Below, one piece after another: positions 15,001 through 20,000 of a stretch of DNA of 20,000 bases. This stretch comes from an uncultured virus (IMG/VR IMGVR_UViG_3300017643_000059) (lineage: Duplodnaviria; Heunggongvirae; Uroviricota; Caudoviricetes). Below the pieces are notes generated by a model, which was not told the DNA's origin, made no database searches, and saw nothing but the letters and a program-made list of their open reading frames with translations. The DNA is taken from the IMG/VR virus record IMGVR_UViG_3300017643_000059. One strand, given 5' to 3'. Every line of letters begins with the position of its first letter. The stretch's first letter is position 1. A program made the translations under genes and the position numbers.

Positions 15001-15391
15001 TGAAATCGACCTGGACGGCGTGCGTATCGGTGCCGACCTGAAAACCATCAGCATGTGGAACGTTAAGCAGGACGGCCTGCGCGCCAAACTGCATCGGGAA
15101 ATAACAGAACGGGATTATCACCTGAGCGCGGCCATGTACTGCGAAACTGCGGCGCTTGACCAGTTCTTCTGGATTTTCGTCAACAAAGACGAGAACTACC
15201 ACTGGATCGCCATTATCGAGGCATCCGAGGAATTGCTGGAACTCGGCATGCTGGAATACCGCAAAGCAATGCGCGCGATAGCGAACGGTTTTGACACTGG
15301 CGAATGGCCAGCGCCTATCACCGACGACTACACCGACGAACTTAACGACTTCGATCTGCGCCGCCTTGAAGCGCTGCGTACTCAGGCATAA
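12089..15391 (+). CDS. recE: Exodeoxyribonuclease VIII (RecE), 1100 aa
   Basis: Start MEFFYVVKA after AAGAGGA; ANAGGGNKTDR motif; C-terminal nuclease domain PGRYEGLPNEVYHAANGISST...RVRPD...ADLKT...YHLSAAMY. Confidence 0.93.
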   Translation: MEFFYVVKATQKSGKEDAVIWFTAKSEARANLQLDVELEDAGIETGRGKDYTKPVRTDFPVYNDLPDESTVDYSWCKRYELDEDQRTWKIKLPAGDKQQDDAGKSDVMTGEGNSTEEVKPALLRPVSRLRLPQRLIAHLINDTEEKEISEEQHIQIGQMENDDSNQYVQNMLLAVANVTDIRELSAHVEWNLVSAIKQVFQRDQVYTVSSFEEFMTEWVSAPETRTTTLQKWLFDKEPEIVVKGESPLSTTVLIAIATLPLRQRILAQFISDEYAYHIDTDQKKVIQQLEMDVDNSYVQNMILAAENVEPFKTAPEIDISRVISALKTVFPVEGKRTELSLIIQFFKAWFCTEHIDRGLLVKEWVKGNRVSTINRTPSGANAGGGNKTDRLTPLTKTGRDYELAMGLLARLLEFDIYSPPLEIDVKANAIMNLNWTGEDDVLDEFLATSKLFDEMPGGMGYSRACNIATVKTTPEGLYKSPFRHREHLNRVMTETDHAHPDELVVDIACGRSSMPMPMAAKVEEPTTEDVGKILAASRGEYVEGISDPADPKWIKTASNEEEKQEAETTSNVQVQNNIGNEEQADDALLSGEKVMHSDKSDAGAGEETTAVEQSAAEILAAGAPNLASKVVDDVNQNSDSVTQNSDSVNHSVPEVQQSTPETQQSEPEQAWPEYFEPGRYEGLPNEVYHAANGISSTQVKDARVSLMYFNARHVEKTITKERSPVLDMGNLVHALALQPELLDAEFSVEPVIPEGAFTTTATIRAFIDEYNASLPAQLSGDDIKALLEEYNATLPAQVPLGGSAEETGQSYMSLPEEYQRIEADQKQTAAAMKACIKEYNATLPAQVKTSGSRDALLEQLAIINPDLVAQEAQKPQPLKVSGTKADLIQAVKSVNPDAVFADELLDAWRDNPEGKVLVTRQQLSTALAIQSALLQHPTAGKLLTHPSRAVEVSYFGFDEETGLEVRVRPDLEIDLDGVRIGADLKTISMWNVKQDGLRAKLHREITERDYHLSAAMYCETAALDQFFWIFVNKDENYHWIAIIEASEELLELGMLEYRKAMRAIANGFDTGEWPAPITDDYTDELNDFDLRRLEALRTQA
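14451..14629 (+). repeat. Exact 32-bp direct repeat inside recE
   Basis: AGGAATACAACGCCACTCTGCCTGCACAGGTG at 14451-14482 and 14598-14629, 147 bp apart and in frame. Confidence 0.95.
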
Positions 15392-15402
15392 GGGGAACGA
15401 TC

Positions 15403-16515
15403 ATGGAAAACACAAACATTGTTACCACTGAGCAACAGGCACCAAACACCATTTCTGCCAGTAACGCGATTTTCAACGTACAGGCCTTAACTCAGCTTCA
15501 GGCTGTTGCTGGGTTAATGGCGCAGGCAGCTGTAACGGTACCTGAGCACCTCCGCGGCAATCCAGCCGACTGCATGGCTATCATCATGCAGGCTATGCAG
15601 TGGGGTATGAACCCGTACGCCGTGGCGCAGAAAACACACCTGGTTAACGGTGTCCTGGGCTATGAGGCTCAGCTGGTAAACGCAGTGATCTCCAGCTCCA
15701 ACGCCATCGTTGGGCGCTTTCACTATGAGTATGAGGGTGACTGGTCAAAATGCGCCAGCAGCCGCGAGGAAATCGTTAAGAAGTCTGCAAAAGGCGGCGG
15801 GACGTACGACAAGAAAGAAATGGTGCGCGGATGGGATAGCGCCGATGAGCAAGGGCTTTCCGTTCGGGTTGGCGCTGTAATTCGCGGTGAAAGTGAAATC
15901 ACCTGGGGAGAGCCGGTCTTACTGTCCAGCGTAATCACGCGTAACTCGCCACTGTGGGTGTCTAATCCGAAACAGCAGATCGCTTATTTGGCCCTAAAAT
16001 ATTGGGCGCGCCTGTACTGCCCTGCGGTTGTTCTGGGTGTGTACACCCCTGATGAAGTTGAGCAGCGTACTGAGAAGGAGATTAACCCGGCACCGCAACG
16101 CATGAGCATGGCTGAAATTGCAGGTGACACCGTCACAACCACGCAAAGTGCGCAGGAGTCGGCTGCCAATATCGATGTTATGGCCGACGATTTTCGCGAC
16201 CGCATTGATGCTGCAGAAACTCTCGATGATGCCACAGCCGTTGGAAATGACATCAATGCTTCTAAATCAGTCCTGGGGGCTGCCCTGCATACCGAGTTGA
16301 AAAACAAGGCCACGCGCCGGTACCACTTGTTGAATGCGAAAAACAAGGTTGATACGGCAATCAATGGCCTGCCACAACCGGGTGCTGAAGATGCAAAAGC
16401 ACGATTCGAAGAAGTCGAAAAAGTGCTCCTGGCGGCGAAGCGTCACCTGGGCGACGAACTGCACGATCAGTACCGTATCACCCTGGACGACATGAAACCG
16501 GAATACGTGGGCTAA
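15403..16515 (+). CDS. recT: RecT-family single-strand annealing protein
   Basis: VPEHLRGNPADCMAIIMQAMQWGMNPYAVAQKT...W...PKQQIAYLALKYWARLYCP..LGVYTPDE; follows recE. Confidence 0.92.
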   Translation: MENTNIVTTEQQAPNTISASNAIFNVQALTQLQAVAGLMAQAAVTVPEHLRGNPADCMAIIMQAMQWGMNPYAVAQKTHLVNGVLGYEAQLVNAVISSSNAIVGRFHYEYEGDWSKCASSREEIVKKSAKGGGTYDKKEMVRGWDSADEQGLSVRVGAVIRGESEITWGEPVLLSSVITRNSPLWVSNPKQQIAYLALKYWARLYCPAVVLGVYTPDEVEQRTEKEINPAPQRMSMAEIAGDTVTTTQSAQESAANIDVMADDFRDRIDAAETLDDATAVGNDINASKSVLGAALHTELKNKATRRYHLLNAKNKVDTAINGLPQPGAEDAKARFEEVEKVLLAAKRHLGDELHDQYRITLDDMKPEYVG

Positions 16516-16552
16516 GGGAGGCGGGAGGGTACGCCCTCCCGGTAACGACATG
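16514..16552 (+). promoter_or_regulatory. Shine-Dalgarno separated from ATG by a stable hairpin
   Basis: AAGGGAGG (16514-16521), CGGGAGGG-TACG-CCCTCCCG (16522-16541), 8 nt, ATG at 16550. Confidence 0.6.
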
Positions 16553-17098
16553 ACTAAATTGCAGAATGAAGAACTCAAAGTCGTCGCTGTTATTCATATG
16601 AATAACAGCGAAGCCCTAGTGTTGAATCGTCCACTCCATTTTATCTATGAAGAATCTGGAAGAGATTTAATCGGTAGTGACGGGCCCTTTAAATGCGCCC
16701 TCTTTTATTCGCCAGCAAGTGAAGCCTTCAAAGCGTTCGCAGGAAGTGAAATGACGCTAAATATGAAGGACGGAAGCCAGAGGAAGGTGAAGGATCACTG
16801 GTGGTCTGGAGGGTTACCAGGGTACCAGGATGTAACCACATGTGATCTGGCGTCGCTCAAGAAGTGCTACGTATTCTTCGGCGGAACGGTCATAACAGCT
16901 GATGATTTTCAGACCTTGCGTGAATCTTACACCGGGTGCGTTTATCCGTATTGGGATTATGAAAAGGTGATCAAGTACGACGATATGCGAAAAGATCTTT
17001 ATGGCAGGCTTTTCCATGAAAAGAGACGCGTTAAGTCCCTTATTCGCGAGGTTAAAAGGCTACATGTTGCATCCATGACGACAGGAGTTGAGCGATGA
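16550..17098 (+). CDS. 182-aa hypothetical protein
   Basis: Long ORF, ATGA-coupled to the next gene; no recognised family. Confidence 0.8.
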   Translation: MTKLQNEELKVVAVIHMNNSEALVLNRPLHFIYEESGRDLIGSDGPFKCALFYSPASEAFKAFAGSEMTLNMKDGSQRKVKDHWWSGGLPGYQDVTTCDLASLKKCYVFFGGTVITADDFQTLRESYTGCVYPYWDYEKVIKYDDMRKDLYGRLFHEKRRVKSLIREVKRLHVASMTTGVER

Positions 17099-17817
17099 AA
17101 GAGCGCGGAATGATTTTTAATGGCGAGATGGTGCGCGCCATCCTCGACGGCCGGAAGACGCAGACGCGCAGGATTATGAAGGTACAGCCTGTCCTCAATG
17201 GTAGTTTTTATGAGGTATACGGTGCTGGATGGGTACAGAGCATGAAATCTGTTCCTGCAATTCCAGGGCACAGTCTTGCCAGTAATTGTCCATTCGGTCT
17301 GGTTGGCGATCGCATCTGGGTGCGGGAGACGTGGGGTGTAGTGAGCCATGAACTGGATGAAGATGGTCGCATTCAGCCATGGAGTCCTGACCGTCCCGCC
17401 ACTGCCATTCACGAAATGCCGTTTGGTAATGGTTACTACTCTGGTCACGCTATTTACGCAGCAGATGGGGATTTTACCTGGGGTGATGACGATGGCTATG
17501 AAGATGGCCGTTCGTGCTGGAAACCATCTATCCACATGCCACGCGCAGCATGTCGCATTCTGCTGGAGGTTACCGGCGTTCGTGTTGAGAGGCTGAACAG
17601 CATCAGTGAAGGGGATGCGCGGGCTGATGGCGTTCAGCCAGCAGGCGAGTTGCTGCCTGATTATCCCGACACATACCTGACGCCAGCCGGCGACTTCGCT
17701 ACAGCTAAGGTTGCTTTCCAGCGTCTTTGGGAATCCATATACGGCGATGACAGCTGGCAAGCTAATCCGTGGGTGTGGGTCATCGAGTTCAAACGCATTG
17801 AAGGTGGTGCAGCATGA
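17095..17817 (+). CDS. ASCH/PUA-like phage protein
   Basis: MIFNGEMVRAILDGRKTQTRR (GxKxxTxR), GDRIWVRET, WKPSIHMPR, VRVERLNSISE, NPWVWVIEF. Confidence 0.8.
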   Translation: MKERGMIFNGEMVRAILDGRKTQTRRIMKVQPVLNGSFYEVYGAGWVQSMKSVPAIPGHSLASNCPFGLVGDRIWVRETWGVVSHELDEDGRIQPWSPDRPATAIHEMPFGNGYYSGHAIYAADGDFTWGDDDGYEDGRSCWKPSIHMPRAACRILLEVTGVRVERLNSISEGDARADGVQPAGELLPDYPDTYLTPAGDFATAKVAFQRLWESIYGDDSWQANPWVWVIEFKRIEGGAA

Positions 17818-18254
17818 GCCTTAAACACCAGCAACAACCGACCCACAATTCCTGCATGTCTGCTTGTATTGCAATGATATCAGGTCAGCCGGTGAATGAA
17901 GTTGTCGCTCAATGGCATGACAAATTTCACAGCAAGGAAGCATGGCTTGATGATGCCCTGGATCATTACAACATTCCGTATTTCTATGGGCACCCGAAGA
18001 AGGCTGAGCTTCTCCCTGATTTTGTTTATTTCCTCACAGTTCCATCACTGAATATCGTTGGTGGTCTGCATCAAATTCTGGTGGCGGTAAAGAAAGGTCT
18101 TATGGTTGAAATTCTCGATCCAGCAAAGGGTCGAGAGGGAGCCAAATACTACGTGTATGGGGAATGCCATAGCCCAGAGGAGTGCGAACTCATTTCGTGG
18201 TCGATAGACCTGGCAATACCTGTTGTTGAGTGGGGTGACCATGCGACTGATTAA
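17814..18254 (+). CDS. Papain-fold (C39-like) cysteine peptidase candidate
   Basis: QQPTHNSCMSACIAMI (Q-x5-C), GGLHQILV (His), EILDP (Asp). Confidence 0.7.
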   Translation: MSLKHQQQPTHNSCMSACIAMISGQPVNEVVAQWHDKFHSKEAWLDDALDHYNIPYFYGHPKKAELLPDFVYFLTVPSLNIVGGLHQILVAVKKGLMVEILDPAKGREGAKYYVYGECHSPEECELISWSIDLAIPVVEWGDHATD

Positions 18255-18483
18255 CCGAGGTAACCAGCAATCCCCGTTAGCGCGTCAGGCATGCGACATC
18301 GCTCTTGCTACCCACCAGCAACGTTACGGCGATTACGGTCGAAGCAAGATGAAAGAGACCTATACGGTGAAAGTGGAAGGCGTGAAGGTCTGGGTTGAGG
18401 TGGTAAACCGGAAGGCGAGTTACGTGGCCACGGCAATGACCGGGATGCGCAGGTTGCGATCCCTACCCGGGCAGGCTTCCTGA
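18241..18483 (+). CDS. DUF4060-like phage protein
   Basis: ATG at 18241 after GGGGTG; MRLINR...SPLARQACDIAL...VEVVNRKASYVATAM. Confidence 0.75.
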   Translation: MRLINRGNQQSPLARQACDIALATHQQRYGDYGRSKMKETYTVKVEGVKVWVEVVNRKASYVATAMTGMRRLRSLPGQAS

Positions 18484-18547
18484 TAACGATTTATCAACGT
18501 CACAACACCGGCACTTTTATACTCGTGCCGGTTACCTGAGGTGAACC

Positions 18548-18760
18548 ATGTCACAGGTGATTTTTAACAAAGAATGGGTAGTTGAAGCCGAACTAACTTC
18601 ACTCACAGGCCTGAGTGAACGTCAGATTGAAAAGTATCGCCAGGGTTGCTGGGTAGAGGGTTTGCATTTCAAACGTGTCTCACCAACAGGCGAAAAAACA
18701 CTTCGTGGCACTACCTGGTATAACCATCCAAAAATAAATCAGCTTATACAGGATTCGTGA
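18548..18760 (+). CDS. xis: Excisionase
   Basis: [36 protein letters not shown] winged helix; GAGGTG RBS; directly before int. Confidence 0.88.
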   Translation: MSQVIFNKEWVVEAELTSLTGLSERQIEKYRQGCWVEGLHFKRVSPTGEKTLRGTTWYNHPKINQLIQDS

Positions 18761-18761
18761 A

Positions 18762-20000
18762 ATGGCGGCTTTTCCGACTGGTGTTGAAATCAGAAACAAA
18801 AAGATCTGTATCTGGTTCATGTTCAGAGGTAAGCGTTGCCGTGAAATTCTCAAAGGCTGGGCTAATACACCAGCCAATATTAAAAAGGCTGGCAACCTCC
18901 GCGCCTTAATTGTCAGCGAGATCAATTTAGGTGAATTTGATTACAACCAGCGTTTTCCCTCATCAGACAGGGGCAATAAAACCGTAACCACAGTTTCAGT
19001 GCGCACTTTCTTTGAGCTTTGCGAGTTATGGGCAAACGTGAAAGAAACTGAGATTACCGCGAATACTATGCGTAAAACGCGCTCACAGCTGGATACGTTG
19101 ATCCACATTATTAACGGAGATACGCCTATAGCGACTATTCGCCATAGTGACATCCTTAACTACAGAAAGGAGCTGCTCAACGGAGAAACTCTTTACCTGG
19201 CAAACCCAAGAAGTAACAAACAGGGACGCACTGTCCGTACGGTGAATAACTATATTTCGCTTCTCTGCTCTCTTCTTAGATTCGCTCATCACTCTGGCTT
19301 CATCAAAAGTAAGCCGTTCGAAGGGATCAAAAAACTTCAGAAAGGAAAAATCAAACCAGATCCGCTAACAAAACAGGAATTTGGTGCATTAACAAATAGT
19401 GAGAAGGGCCAGAACCTGAACATGTGGACATTCGCGGTTTATAGCGGGGTTAGGCATGGCGAGCTGGCTGCGCTCGCATGGGAGGATATCAACTGGGAGA
19501 ACGGTACGGTACATATCCGCCGCAACCTCAATGCTCTTGGAATGTTCGGCCCGCCGAAAACTGATGCGGGTGACCGTGTGATCAGCCTGCTTGAACCAGC
19601 ACTGGAGGCGTTAAAGGCGCAGCGTGCGCTAACAGCTTTACAACCGAAAACAGAAATTGTTTACCATCACAGGGAATATGGCGCGATGGAATACCAAAAC
19701 CTGCATTTCGTTTTTATGCCCAGGATGCGCAAGGGCGAGCAGAAAGCTTACTACTCTTTATCGAGCATTGGTGCGAGATTCAACGCCGCGGTAAAACGTG
19801 CTGGTATTCGCCGCCGGAATCCGTACCATACGCGGCATACTTTTGCCTGCTGGCTTTTATCTGCCGGCGCTAACCCGTCTTTCATAGCCAGTCAGATGGG
19901 GCATGAAAACGCGCAAATGGTTTATGAAGTCTACGGTGCGTGGATTGAAGAATTGAACGGCGAACAGGTGCTGATGCTTAACGACAAGCTGGCACTTTAA
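18762..20000 (+). CDS. int: Tyrosine integrase with N-terminal arm-binding domain
   Basis: PTGVEIR...IWFMFRGKRCRE arm domain; catalytic set GVRHGE (R), PKT (K), YHTRH (HxxR), MGH, VYG (Y). Stop codon at 19998-20000. Confidence 0.96.
   Translation: MAAFPTGVEIRNKKICIWFMFRGKRCREILKGWANTPANIKKAGNLRALIVSEINLGEFDYNQRFPSSDRGNKTVTTVSVRTFFELCELWANVKETEITANTMRKTRSQLDTLIHIINGDTPIATIRHSDILNYRKELLNGETLYLANPRSNKQGRTVRTVNNYISLLCSLLRFAHHSGFIKSKPFEGIKKLQKGKIKPDPLTKQEFGALTNSEKGQNLNMWTFAVYSGVRHGELAALAWEDINWENGTVHIRRNLNALGMFGPPKTDAGDRVISLLEPALEALKAQRALTALQPKTEIVYHHREYGAMEYQNLHFVFMPRMRKGEQKAYYSLSSIGARFNAAVKRAGIRRRNPYHTRHTFACWLLSAGANPSFIASQMGHENAQMVYEVYGAWIEELNGEQVLMLNDKLAL

Larger units (their letters stand above)
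1..20000. mobile_element. Lambdoid (Gifsy/Rac-like) prophage, early region from integrase to the SOS-controlled dinI operon
   Basis: Gene order int-xis-recT-recE-small genes-cI/cro-cII-O-dnaC-like-Ea genes-methylase-dinI. No host housekeeping gene in the window. Confidence 0.97.

Noticed and set aside
16999..17760. 253-aa minus-strand ORF
   Set aside because: Shadow of the ASCH-like gene, opposite to a tightly coupled operon.
19990..20000. Attachment site
   Set aside because: The window ends at the int stop codon; att and the integration target cannot be seen.

Overview
The whole window is the early half of a lambdoid prophage of the Gifsy/Rac type in an enterobacterium. An immunity switch sits near 9.7-10.9 kb: cro-like and cII/YdaT-like genes, a short non-cleavable repressor, and two three-site operator arrays readable directly from the sequence. 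On the minus strand lie the replication genes (O-like initiator with four iterons, DnaC-like loader), a mosaic Ea-type accessory cluster, an orphan C5 DNA methyltransferase and a LexA-controlled dinI-ORF-DUF1367 operon. The middle gene of that operon is the likely antirepressor. On the plus strand lie small dicB-position/ydfD/ydaE genes, recE-recT, a three-gene accessory insert (unknown, ASCH-like, C39-like peptidase), a DUF4060-like gene, xis and int; int ends at the last base of the window. The most promising unexplained items are the post-recT cassette, a minimal nucleotidyltransferase-like fusion protein, the structured pL leader RNA, two candidate antisense RNAs and a hairpin-bridged ribosome binding site. 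All family names come from recognising motifs and gene order by eye; no database search was run.
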